Virus record (IMG/VR): IMGVR_UViG_3300035663_000007
Location: 46,415-77,904 of that record
DNA from: a virus
Reading direction: 5' to 3' (one strand)
DNA: 31,490 nt
Shown: positions 1 through 12,300 of the stretch, piece by piece
Position numbering within the stretch: the stretch's first letter is position 1
How the letters are laid out: each line of letters opens with the position of its first letter
The notes under the pieces: model-generated
What the model saw: the letters and a program-made list of their open reading frames with translations, nothing else
Database searches by the model: none
What the model was told of the DNA's origin: nothing
Position numbers and translations under genes: made by a program

Positions 1-2412
1 GCTTGTTACTGCTACACCCTCAAGATATAAGACACCCTCTCCTGATGGTGGTAACGAGGTTATGTTGTAGCTTAGGACTTTTTGGGGTGAACTTATGGGA
101 GTGGAAACGGATGTTTCACCAAGCCACAATAACTCCATCAAAAGTGAGTTTTCTTTCTGGGAAAAGTCCATACTGATCCCATGTGCTAAATGACAATAAG
201 CATCCTCACATTCCTTTACATCTACCCTGAAAGTGGGTTTAAAACTGCCAGAAATCCAATCTTGAGTAAATGGTAAAATCAACTCATGTATATAACTTTG
301 CCCCTGCCTTAGATAGTATATAACTTCTCCCACGGCATTAACAATTTCACCCGTGATCACTTCCCCTAAATCGGTAATTTCTCGACTAGGTAAAAACTCA
401 GAACTTTTGGCATCTTCCCACTTTTTGCGGTAAACAACGGGCTTATCAATCCATTTTTCAGTGGCGTTTTTGTTAACTTCGTTGCCTCCGCTACCTTCGC
501 TGGCTTTTCCTCTGGGTAAATACTCGGTAGCGGGGGGATTTGCTAAACCTTCACGACTTGATTCTGTTGTGGTTCTTTTTCCCGTTAACGCCAATCTTTT
601 TTCTGATGAAACTAGACTCTTAGGGATATCAATAGTTTTGACTCTGACATCTTCATTTGATGGCTGACCGGGTTCTAGTTCTGTTGGCTCCCCCGGTGTG
701 CGTTTAAGTCTTGTAAAGACTACCTGAGAAAAAGTTGGGATACTTTGCTTCCAATCTTCTAGGTGTTGCAACCGCTTTTCTTCTTCTCTCTGTACCCCTG
801 CACTATTGACTCTATTTAAAGCGTCAAATTCCACCAATGAATGTGTTTGATGATTATTCCCCCACTCACTCCATGTTTCTATAGATGACGATGTTATAGA
901 GTATCCATCGTATATGTTGTTACTTAAACGGGGTGGGACAAAATCTACTAATATTTTGTATTTTGGCTCCTTGGTTTGTATTGTTGTTTTATAAAGTTTT
1001 TGTTTTTTGTAATAGTTTCTAGTTGTCTCTGTTTTGTCTCTTATTAAAGTCGTGTCAAACTTTGCTAAATCAGCATAGGTACTTATTGATCCTGCTGGTG
1101 AAAATATCTGCAATGCCCCAAAACCAGAGGGATCTATAACATAGTCAAGGTGATTCCCGTAGTAAGCTCCAAATACTTTTCCCCAAACATTGTACTCGGT
1201 GACTACTTTTTTTAATAAAGCCCCTGTACAAGCGTCATAAAATTGTTCTTCAACCTTTCTATAACTAGGATTTATCCAGTCGCTAGGGCTATGATCTGTG
1301 TCTGTTGATTCAGGGAAAAGAGATCCATACCTTTCCTCGGTTGTCGTTATTATTGTTTTCTTAAATCTCCCAACATATTCGCATATTTTTGTTCTAACAA
1401 CGTCAACACTAACCAACGCATCACCATCACTATTTATTGTTGTCTCTGGCCCTGTTTCGGTGATAGTTTCACAGTGCATAGGAACTATGTTTCCGTCTTC
1501 ATCTTCTATCGTTTCCTCTTGAATCGCATTCTCGTCCAGTTCCTTAACCCGTCCTAAAACAATCAATTCTGAGATGGGGTTTAAGCCATTTTCTACCGGA
1601 CTATAATCAATATCATCAACTCCTGAAACGTAAAACTTTTCACGGGGCGGGTCAATATTAATCCTAGAAATGATCGCCCGACCCGCGTAATTTGACCAAA
1701 TATAAGAGGGCGTTAAACTCTTAAAAGCTAAATCACCGCAAACTGACAATAAAGAACCTGACACCGTGTAAGGGAGTCTAATTGACCCCATCACGGTTCC
1801 CTGAATTGATATTTCCAACCGCCGCATTATCTCGGAAATGATGATAATGTTTTGCTCCGTTCCTTCCTTCTGCCATTGCTCCCACCAAAACTTATCTTTT
1901 TTCTTATCCTGCTGGTCATTGAATTTTGTCTCGTCGTAATCTTCCTCACCAGGAAAACCACACGCCTCTATTTTTTCTTTTTCTTCCTCTGGGATTTCAG
2001 TCTCAATATCATTTTCTTCCTCAAAATCATTCCTGAAATCATCTATAGACTTATCTCGAAGCAACCCCAATATATCCCTCAATTCAAGCCTTAATCGCTC
2101 CGTATGGGGATTGTATAACGCTTTATAGATGTACATTTTAGGAATGCACTTGGGACGCTCGTAATTTCCTGAATCATTAACAACCCTCAAATCAACAACC
2201 CGCCCAAAACACCAAGTCACCCGATTTTTTCGATTGTCAATATTTGTAGGATTATTCGGAACCCACGCTATCTCTGCTGTTCCCTCCCAAGTCACCAAAC
2301 CGCCCTGATCTAAACTGGTGTAATTACAAGACAGGTTCATAAAACCAGGGTAAGCGTTGCCCTGATAATCCAAAAATCGAGAGCATCTTGCAGCAGCGGG
2401 TACGGGAGCCAT
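1..2412 (-). CDS. Large putative tail/virion protein, 3'-truncated by the window edge (>=804 aa), absent from the ORF track
   Basis: ATG at 2412 reads MAPVPAAARCSRFLDYQGNAYPGFMNLSCNYTSLDQGGLVTWEG...; no in-frame stop in the lines checked down to base 1. It ends in LSYNITSLPPSGEGVLYLEGVAVTS, which resembles the start of a cadherin/Ig-like repeat. Confidence 0.75.
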   Translation of the reverse strand, partial: MAPVPAAARCSRFLDYQGNAYPGFMNLSCNYTSLDQGGLVTWEGTAEIAWVPNNPTNIDNRKNRVTWCFGRVVDLRVVNDSGNYERPKCIPKMYIYKALYNPHTERLRLELRDILGLLRDKSIDDFRNDFEEENDIETEIPEEEKEKIEACGFPGEEDYDETKFNDQQDKKKDKFWWEQWQKEGTEQNIIIISEIMRRLEISIQGTVMGSIRLPYTVSGSLLSVCGDLAFKSLTPSYIWSNYAGRAIISRINIDPPREKFYVSGVDDIDYSPVENGLNPISELIVLGRVKELDENAIQEETIEDEDGNIVPMHCETITETGPETTINSDGDALVSVDVVRTKICEYVGRFKKTIITTTEERYGSLFPESTDTDHSPSDWINPSYRKVEEQFYDACTGALLKKVVTEYNVWGKVFGAYYGNHLDYVIDPSGFGALQIFSPAGSISTYADLAKFDTTLIRDKTETTRNYYKKQKLYKTTIQTKEPKYKILVDFVPPRLSNNIYDGYSITSSSIETWSEWGNNHQTHSLVEFDALNRVNSAGVQREEEKRLQHLEDWKQSIPTFSQVVFTRLKRTPGEPTELEPGQPSNEDVRVKTIDIPKSLVSSEKRLALTGKRTTTESSREGLANPPATEYLPRGKASEGSGGNEVNKNATEKWIDKPVVYRKKWEDAKSSEFLPSREITDLGEVITGEIVNAVGEVIYYLRQGQSYIHELILPFTQDWISGSFKPTFRVDVKECEDAYCHLAHGISMDFSQKENSLLMELLWLGETSVSTPISSPQKVLSYNITSLPPSGEGVLYLEGVAVTS

Positions 2413-2451
2413 AGTTTAATATAGAATAAATGAATAAAACCAAAATTAATA

Positions 2452-2874
2452 ATGATTTGCACTTATCAAGATACTGCTATTCTACTCAGAAATTGGCTAT
2501 TTGATTCAATTGAAATCGGTCAATACAATTTCGCGGGGGGATTGACAGCACCCGCATTGACAATTGTCGGGAATCGAGCCAAGCAATCCCCATCACCAGG
2601 GACGGAAGTTAAGGGTATAGAGGGGGTGATCTTTTATCCTGAACCGCAGGACAATCAGTACATGGGGTCTGTCTCGGTTATTGACCGATGGGAAGTTCAG
2701 ATCCGACAATGGGACGTAAACAATACCATTTTAGAAGCAAAAGACATGGCGATCGCATCCTGCCCATTTCCCATTATTAGCAGTATTAGAGTTGCGGGGA
2801 ATGGCACGACCGGACAGCCGGAAATTTATCGGTTAGTTTTGGAGGTGTCGAGATATGTTAATCAAATTCATTAA
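2452..2874 (+). CDS. Phage protein, possible tail terminator/completion protein
   Basis: 140-aa ORF with a beta-rich pattern, of typical size, upstream of the tape measure gene. Function is inferred from context only. Confidence 0.5.
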   Translation: MICTYQDTAILLRNWLFDSIEIGQYNFAGGLTAPALTIVGNRAKQSPSPGTEVKGIEGVIFYPEPQDNQYMGSVSVIDRWEVQIRQWDVNNTILEAKDMAIASCPFPIISSIRVAGNGTTGQPEIYRLVLEVSRYVNQIH

Positions 2875-3322
2875 AAAGGCTTTATTCATTGCTTGCTTAG
2901 TTACTCTATCAAGCTGCAACACTTCTCCTATCAACGTCTCTGGCAGTATTTCTTTAAAAGAACCTGATACAACATGGAAGCCCTACATAGAAAGAGATCG
3001 GGCTTTTCTTTATGTTTGGTTTTGCCCTAAAGACGTCAAATTAAGGGAACGAACTGAAAACGCTGAGTATGTTTGGCTCGTGACATATAAAACTAAACTT
3101 ATTGCCGAAAAAGAATGTTTTAGTGCTGAAACAAACATTAAAAACCTAACGTACTCCATTAAAAACCTACCCGCAGGGCGTTATGATGTTAGTGTTGTAC
3201 TTTATAGCTATAATCCAGATCCTTACAGGTTAGAGACGATGATCTGGTTTGGTTATACTGGTAACAAGTCTAAAGAATTAAACTTTGACATTGTTGACGG
3301 TCAAAATTCATATTATTATTAG
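2855..3322 (+). CDS. Predicted lipoprotein
   Basis: Basic N-terminus, hydrophobic core and lipobox LSS-C21 (MLIKFIKKALFIACLVTLSSC). Confidence 0.7.
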   Translation: MLIKFIKKALFIACLVTLSSCNTSPINVSGSISLKEPDTTWKPYIERDRAFLYVWFCPKDVKLRERTENAEYVWLVTYKTKLIAEKECFSAETNIKNLTYSIKNLPAGRYDVSVVLYSYNPDPYRLETMIWFGYTGNKSKELNFDIVDGQNSYYY

Positions 3323-3334
3323 GAGTTATTTAAA

Positions 3335-6300
3335 ATGACAGTTATTGGATCGGTTGAATTTGAAGCGTCGTTAAGTCTTGACAAGTTTAATCGCGATATT
3401 AATAATTTAATTGCCAAAAATAAAGGGTTAATAATTCCCGTCAATGCTGTCCTGAATTTTGACGCTAAAAATCAAATTACAAAAATAGGACTTCCCCCTT
3501 TAAAAGTCAAGGTTGACGACAAGGAATTAACCCGACTCAATCAGCACATTGAACTGAAGCGAAAGCATCACAAAGAAGTTCAGCAATATTTTAATAGCAA
3601 TCCTTTGGCTGTTAAGGTTAATAAGCGTGGGATAGACGACTCTATTCAAGCAATTAAGATGCTGAAAGAAGAGATTAAAACAGTAAGAGAGTTATACAAA
3701 TACATTGGGAATACAAATATTACAGGGGGAAGTGTTAAGGGATCTAATTATCGTTCCCCTTCCGGTAGTGGAACTAATTCTAGTTACCCGTCTTCAGTTT
3801 TGCTAACAGAAATAGGAGAGAGTACGCTAACAAAACTTGAGGTGATACTAGGAAAAGCTATTAGAAAAAATTCCCCTGGGGGATTTCTTAAAACAGCGAT
3901 AGGATTTGGATTGGGTGGTTTATTGCTCCCGTTGACAAAAAATATAGGTGTAGGAATTTCTGACGCTTTAACCGAAGTATTTTCAGGGATAATTGGAGAT
4001 TTTGAATTAGTAGGATCTTCTATAGGAAGAGGGATCGGAGAGAATTTTTTACTAATAATAGAAAAAAACCTTTATGAAATCATTAGAGATGCGGGAAAGG
4101 GTTTTTTTGGAGAGGAGCAAGTTAGGGAGAGGCAGTTCGCAGCAAGATCGTCAAGACAGGAAAAAAAAGATTCCATAAAAACAAGGGCATTTAATCAGTC
4201 ACAAAGAGAAACGTCGCCTAATTCTCCTTGGCAAACAAAAATCAATAGTGAGGTTGCTATATTACAGGAGGCAGAAAAAGAAATCCAAAAATACGAGGAA
4301 CAGATATCCGAGAAAGCGAAGTCCCTTTTCAATGCTTTTAAAGGGGATAAAATAGAAGAAGAGTTGAAAGAAATAGAGGAAAAATCCAAAGGCATTGAGG
4401 AGAAGCTATTAAAAAACCTGGAAGAAAGGGGAAATTTAAAACCGGACGATACTTCAGGGTTGTCTAAAAGTCTTGCTGAGAACAAATCCTTGTCTGACTC
4501 TCTTGATAAATTGGCGAGAAGGGCAAGCCTTTTGAAAAAAAGACACAAAGAAACAAGTGAGTCTGTAGAGAACGCCATAAGAGAGCAGGTAAGGCATTTA
4601 GAACAACTAAAAGCTAGATTTAAAGATCAGGCGTTATTGCTATTACAAGCTAGTGATACAATGCAAAACGCCTACGCAAACGTTGTAAAACTTCGGAATT
4701 CAGGAAATAAAACAGAGAAAGAAAAAACCGGAAACTCTCAAGTTTTTGAAACGAAAGCCCAAAGAAATTTATTTTCTCTGATTCAAATAATAGCTCAACA
4801 GACAGGGTTAAAAACCCCATTAAAATCGGAAACTCCAAAGATTATTCCGATGTCAGAAAATGACATGAGAAGCGGGGCATATTCCCCTGATGATAACTTT
4901 ATTCGACTTAGTGAGGAAGTCATAAAAGCTTTTGATTCCATAGACCTAGAAGGACTTCTGAGTTTATCAGAAGAAAAATTGAATATTGTTGTCCATGAGC
5001 TTATCCATGCTTTTCAATATAATTTTGGGAAAGAAGGGGCTTCTTCTTCTAGTACAAAAGAATTGATGACGATTGAAGACGCAAAAGATAATCTTAGTGA
5101 AGAACAATTACGAAAAATAAATAGAGGAGTTTCAATTTCTGTTAGGAGTTATCAAAATAGTGAAATAAGAGAGAAGGGCAAATCTCCGTCTATTGAAGAA
5201 TTAGAGAAAGTCAAAAGACAGGAGATGGACGCTTATATTCGTGCTGAGTTATTGACTCGAAAAGTTTTAGATCAGATGACAAAGAAAAGGCAGCAAATAC
5301 AAATAGAAAATCAGACTGGCTTTCGAGGGGGGAGAATACCTGATTTTCAGAGCAATCCAGTAAAATCTGTAGCCGAACTAATAAACTTATCCAGTCAAGA
5401 TTTTTTAACGAAAATTGAAGCTCTTTCAGATGAAGAATTGAGCCAGCTTTCAGACGAATTTATTGCTTTAATTGGTGTTGTGAAACAATTTCAGGAAAAC
5501 TTTACATCATCATCGAATAGGTTGACTAAAATAAAAAATGTATTAGAAAACACAGATCTTGAATCGACAGATATAGAGCAGTTAGGAAAGTTGTCTAAAT
5601 TTGCCCAAATTGCATCTAATGACTTAGCCTCAATCCCAAGTGATCTGACCGAATTATCAAATGCTTTGTCAGAACTTATTAAAACAATAGAAGACCCAAA
5701 GATCAAGGCAATTGTTAGTACGTTTTTAAAAAGAATAGATAAATCTCAAGGTACTTTATCTACTGTTTTGAAAATACAGTCCGCCCCATTAGAAGAAGGT
5801 GGTGTAGTTCGCGCAAATCCAAGAGAGGCAAGTGACGCAGCGTTAAACCTCTTGTCTGATGCAATACAAATTACAGAATCACAAAACAAACAAGAGGAAG
5901 CGATTATAGATGCAAGGATAAAATATTTACAAGAAGTAATAAAAGTAGAAAAAGAACAGGGGCGTGTTGCTGTTGACTCACAAAAAAAATTAAATGCACT
6001 CATTTTAAAAAAACAGGAAATAGAATCAAAAAAACCGAAAAAACAGGGCGTTGATGACACTCCTATAAAGGGGTCTGTAGAACCTCCTGTAGTCAATCAA
6101 AGTGAACCTATTATAGAACCTATTGTAAAGCCTATTATAGAACCTGTGATAGAACCTGTGATAGAACCTATTATAGAACCTATTATAGAACCTGTGATAG
6201 AACCTATTATAGAGCTAGTAGATATTCCTTTCTCAGAAAAAGATAACGGGGAAGATTATGAATTAGATATAGAAGAGATACAAAGTATTGCTCACGATCT

Positions 6301-9300
6301 AAAGACTTTTTTTAAAAAAGACTCGTTAATAGAAACACTTAAAAATATCGGGGAATCACCCACTGGTAAAACTTCGGAAGAAATTTCTTTTCAGTTAGCA
6401 AAAACGGCGAAAAAAACCGCAATTCAGGAAGCTTATTATACATCTGGATCGAGCGGGTTAACTTCTGTTGGGAAAAAGAAAGAATCTGATCTAACAAAAG
6501 AACGGCTACTAGAAAAAAGTGGTTTTAAATTACTTAAGGAAATATATAAAAAAGCTCAAGAAGGGATTAGTCAAAAGCAAAAAGAAATAAATAATTTAAT
6601 AAAAGGGTTAAAAGATATTTCAGGTGAAAAAGAATTGTCGAATGCTTTGACTGATATAAAAGTCAAATCCTATGATGTTTTGGATGCCATTTTTGATGCT
6701 GTAACTCAACTTGAAAACATAAAAGAAGAGTATAGCATTCCTCAATCAATAGGGCAAAATATTCAGGGGATGATATCAGCATTGAAGGCTTATGGAGAAA
6801 GAGCGGACTCTATTGCTGAAAACCTCACAAAAGAAGAAGCCAAGCTAGGGAAGGCAGAAAACATAGAGCTACCCGACTTAAAAATTCCAATGCCTCAACT
6901 ACAGATTCCCGAAAAAATGCAAGTTCAGTCAGGACAACAGGCTTTGTTGGGGATTGGAGCATTGGGGGTTGGCGTGTTTGGAACCCAAGGGGGTGCAATG
7001 GCATCAACTGGTGGCTTGGCTGCTGGATCTGTTGCGGCCAGTCCTATAGCTGTTCCCGTTGTTTTAACTCTTGCCGCAGGGGCTGGGGCTATTGCAGTAA
7101 GTAAAGCTGTCCAACCCTTCCTAGAAAGAAATGCCCCTGAGATTGCAAAAGTTTTATATTTTGACATAGGGAAAGCTATTAAAGGTTTTGGGGTAAAGGT
7201 TAAAAACCTTTTAGGACAAAAAACACCCGCAGTGCTAACACCCACTACACCAGATCCTAGTACATCAAAAACACCCCCTTTTGATTTAGTAGACATAGAG
7301 AATGATATTAACAAAAAAGAGGCTGATTTTTTCAAGGACGCGATAGAAGAAGGTGAAGATTTTAAAGATCTTCTCATAAAAATTAGAAGCAACATAGAGA
7401 GTCTAATAGACGGAGGATCAATAGATCCATCTGTTTTAATTGCTTTAAATTCTATAGAGGAAAACATTGAAAAAATAAATGCCATAGGGTCTGATCCTTT
7501 TGAGTTTGAGGGGATATTAGGACTTGATGGAGCTACAGAGGGTTTGGATTCTATCTCAGAAGCGTTAGTGGAAATTGCTGCAAATCTCCCCCCTGATGCA
7601 GAAAAAGCACAAGAAGCTGTCGCAAGAATGTTGGAGTCAGTTGGAAAACTAGAAAACGTTGAATCTGGATTAGATCGTCAAGAAACCAGATCATCTTCTC
7701 CTTTGAAAAGATTTATAGACGAAATCAAAAGTCTTTCGGATATTAGTAATAAAAAAGATCAGCCATTCTTGTCTTTACTTGTCAAGTTTAGGAGGGCTTT
7801 TGTTAGTTTTAATACATTAGATTTTTTTAAAAACCAATTTCAAAATATTGCTTCAGGGACTTTTGAAGTTACAAAACGCTTTCAAGTATTAGAAAACACC
7901 ATTAACTTTTTGTCAGGAGGAACAAAAGCAGGTGCAAAACAAATCGCATTCTTAAGAAGTGAAATTGAACGCACATCTTCAGCTATAGAGCCAGCCCTAC
8001 AAAGTTATAAAAAATTAGCAGCCAGCACCCGAAACACTCCGATGGAAGGGAAGATAACAAATCAATTAATGTCTGGACTAATGCAAGCTGGGACGGTATT
8101 TGGATTAACGGGAGAAGAATTAGAAGGCTCTATCCTTGCAATTTCTCAAATAGCAGGGAAAGGTTGTCACGGGAAAGGTTCGCTAATTAGAATGGCTGAT
8201 GGCTCTACTAAAAAAGTAGAAAACATTAAAGTGGGGGATTATTTGATGGGAGTCGATAAAACCCCTCGAAAAGTTTTAATGTTGGCACATGGCACAGAAG
8301 AATTATGGAATATCAAGCCCAAACATGGAGACTCATTTGTCGTTAACCGCAGTCACAAGATGAGACTCTTTGACGAGAACGGCGTTAAAAACACTGTTAA
8401 TTTATTTGATTACATTGAGCTAAGTCCTAAAGAAAAAGCAAACTATAAATTAATTAACGAACATTGGAATATAGAAGAATTCACGATTGAAAGGTTAAAC
8501 GTTGGGGAGTTTTTCGGGTTTTTTATTAGTGGAGACCATCTCTATTTAGATGCTCAGGGATACGAGCATCACAACACTGTGAGCATGGAGGAACTCAGAG
8601 GGCAGTTGGCCGAAAGAATTCCGGGTGCCTTCCAAATTGCAGCGAGATCCATGAACCTTACGGAGCAAGAACTATTTAAACTTATTGCGACTGGACAACT
8701 TGCTGCTACGGATTTTCTTCCTAAATTTGCCAATCAATTATCTTCAGAAACAGCAGATGGTGTAGCAGGAGCTTCCAATACCGCCCAATCTTCCTTAACC
8801 CGATTAAAAACCGCTATCACAGAAATACAGGTTGCTGCTGGGAAAGAGTTTCAAGGAATCCTGATCACAGGGATGAATGTATTGAGCGGGGTCATAAAAG
8901 GAGTTACTCAATACGCAGGAACATTCTCACAAATTATTCAGACTGCTACTGCTGTGGCATTGGGCAGGTTTTTACCTTCTGTTGTTAGATTAGTAAAAGG
9001 GTTATGGGATATCCACGCAGTATCTTTTACCGTCACAAAAGCTGTAAGGGGTTTAAGATACGCTATCAACAACTTCATAGTCCCTTCTGTAGCTAAATTC
9101 GCTACAGTCACAGCAGTTGTCTGGTTAACAATCGAGGCATTTAAAATATTAGCTGATGTCTGGGATACCTTTTTCTCCAAAACAACGGTACAAACTTGGT
9201 CAGAATCCCTAATCAAAAACCTCCAAAAATCAAGACAAGAGGTTAAGGATTTAGTTAAAGAACTTAATAAAGGAAAAGCTACACCCGCTCCTGGAGGGAA

Positions 9301-12300
9301 GCCAGAAACAGAATACTCGATAACTAAAAAGCGAATTGCTGACGAGAGAAAAAGCGAAAATGCTTTACAAAAAATAAATAGATTTGCGAACCCGTTAAAC
9401 GCTCTTAATGCTATTAATCCGTTTGCTGCAACAGAAAATGCTCAAGACAAAGAACTTAGAGACAGTCTAAAGCAGACTGTTGTTGACGCTAGACAGGTTA
9501 AACAACTCCAACAAAGCAGAGCGTCGGGAGCTTTGAAAGAGCTCTTTGATTATATTGATCCAGCTAAAAGCAAAGACAATATTACCAGAATTAAAGAATT
9601 AAATGCTCAAGTTGAAATACTACGGCAAAAATCTAGCTTAACCAAAGACCCAAAATCGCAATCACAAATAAATGATCAAATAGTGCAAATTCGGAAATTA
9701 AGAGATACGCTAGGGCAACCGTTATCTGATGGTTTAATTAATGTAAATATAGAATTAGAAAACTATCAGAAATTAGCCAAGGAAACTAACGATAGCAAGT
9801 TAAGAGCAGAAGCCCTCGCTACTATTGAAGTATTGAAAGCCTACAAGATTGAACTTCAAAATATCGAGAGGCAAACCGGAGCGCAAACAACTTTATCCGA
9901 GCTAATGAAGGTATTGGCTAATATTAGAGTTGAGATGGAAATGTTCAATCGTGTCGCCTCTGAATTGGCAGATAAGAATCTTCGAGCGATCGCTGAAACA
10001 GAATTTAAAGGTTTTACCAAGGATGTTTTTGCCGCAAGTTCTGCAAGTTTAAAACGATCTGAGAATGCTTTGGAATTAGTGAACAATAAAATAAACATCT
10101 CCAAAAATGCAATCAAAGGACTTAAAGAGCTATTACAAGACCCATTAATGTCGCAATACGCGGCGAATTATGGCGGTGACAGTTTAGAGAGGTTAAAGAT
10201 TGAGTTAGAGGGTGTTGATGAAGCTGATACACAGCGACGCAAGGCGTTAGAGGCCTTGATTTTGCTACGGGAACAAGAGTCAAGTTTGATTGGTTTGCAG
10301 CGAGAGGAAGCCGAAGCTACTCTGGCATTAGAAAAAGAAAAGTCTCAAACGTTATTGAGTCGATTTGATTACTACAAAGCCGAAGCTCAGGGAAAAGTTC
10401 AGGTTGGGGAATCTCGGAGCTTACTAGGAGTTGCCAAGGGTCAATTATCGGGACAAATTAAGCCCTACGAAGTTGACGTAGCAAAAGGAAAAATATCTTT
10501 AGATACTGCAAAACAGAATGAACAAATTGCCAAAATATCTTTAGAAACCTTGCAAGGATATTACCGCAAAGGGTTGATATCTGCTGAGGAATTCGCAACC
10601 CGCCGCCGTGATTTGGAACTTCAATCTGTACAGGCCGTTCAACAGGTAGCCGAACAGGAGTTACAGTTAAGACAAGCCGTTCAACAGCTTCGCCTTGATT
10701 TATTAGACAGAGAAAATCAAAAAATTGAGCATCAACTCAAGCTCAGGGAATCCCTAGCTCAAATTAATCAGAAAAATAGCCAGATTCAAAGGGAAGTCGT
10801 ATTAGATACTCGGACTAGATCCGGTGAAGATGCCCAGACTCAAACCACTCGCCAAACAGAGGATGAAACACTTGCTGTTCAATTCCAGACCAGTACAGCC
10901 TATGAGCAGGAATTACAGCGTCGTTTATCTATTCTGCAATCTCATTATGCTAAGCGTGAAATAACCCAACGGGAATATGAAGACCGCTCTCGGCAGATTG
11001 AACAGGATATAACCTCAACTACACTCCAATTAAAGGACTATGAGCTACAGCAACACCAACGAATCAACCAACGGACTATCGAAGACAGAGATAGAATGTA
11101 CAGCCGGATGGTTGAAGATTTTGAACGGGCAACCAAGAAACAAGAAAACATTCTCCAATTAAGTGCTATTCGTCAAGAGCAAATTGTTAGACAAAAACAG
11201 TTAGGGCAAATTGATTTAATTGGAAGTCAAAGAGCCGAGCAGCAATCAGCGATCGCACTCACTCAAATACAAGGAGATCAAGCTAAAAAGCAACTCAAGG
11301 AAACATTAACCCAGATTAAACAAGTTGCCAAACTCCGTCAACAGAACGCCCTAACCGAGCGAGAAGCAGAGGAAAGAACGGCGGATCTAACCATAAAAGC
11401 TGAACAGTTAAAACTTGATTTAATTAATAAACAAATTGAGAAGGTTAAGCAATTAAAAGACCTCAAAATTTTAGCTCTTGATGATGAATCATCTCGAATT
11501 GATCTCATTTTCCAGCAACAGGAAATGGGATATTCCTACGGGTTAGAAAAACGCAAGCAAATAGTTGAGAGTTTAGACCGAGAGAAAACTGTGATGGAGG
11601 CTCAGGTCAAATTACAGCAGTCGTTATTCAAAGGTGAAGAACAGAGAAGACAAGCCGCGCTTGATCGATCTCGTAGTGCCGAGGATTTATTGGGGCGGTT
11701 GCCAGACTTGCAGAAACGGGCTGCGGACAATTCCATTAATTTTGCTGAATACAAAGGAACTCGTTACCTGATGGATCTAATTCGGAAAATGGCGGGCGCG
11801 GGGTCTGGCAGCACATTCTTATCCGAGTCTGATATTCGTGATTTGCGGACTAAACAATTCAACCAATCAGCTTTAGAGGAAAAGAAACTTTTAGAGATGA
11901 AAACTCGGCAATTGGAGCAACAGCAAAAGATTCAAAATGCTCAAATGCAATTGCAAAAAGTGATCAACAAACTCACAGCCGAGAATGCCATTATGGAGGC
12001 GAGTATTAGCTTGAACAAGGCACGACAAGCCGAATTACAGGCTAAAATTGCACTGGAAAAAGCTAATGTCAATGGCGACCCAAGGGAGATTCAAAACGCA
12101 CAACAGGCTTACGAATTGACCAAACAGGGGACTCAGTTAAGTCAACAACAGTTAGGGATTGCTGTTGATAAGTTGACGGTATCCAATCAGATTGCAGGGA
12201 TTGATCAACAGGCTTTGGCATCTGACCAGAATAATGAAAGGTTTGCATTGCAAGAAGCAAACCGGAAGGCGTTGCAGGACACGGCGCTAAGAGGAGGTGA

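Noticed and set aside
461-2094. Plus-strand ORFs 461..667, 1298..1522 and 1852..2094
   Set aside because: Shadows of the long minus-strand ORF ending at the window edge; composition reflects antisense codon bias.
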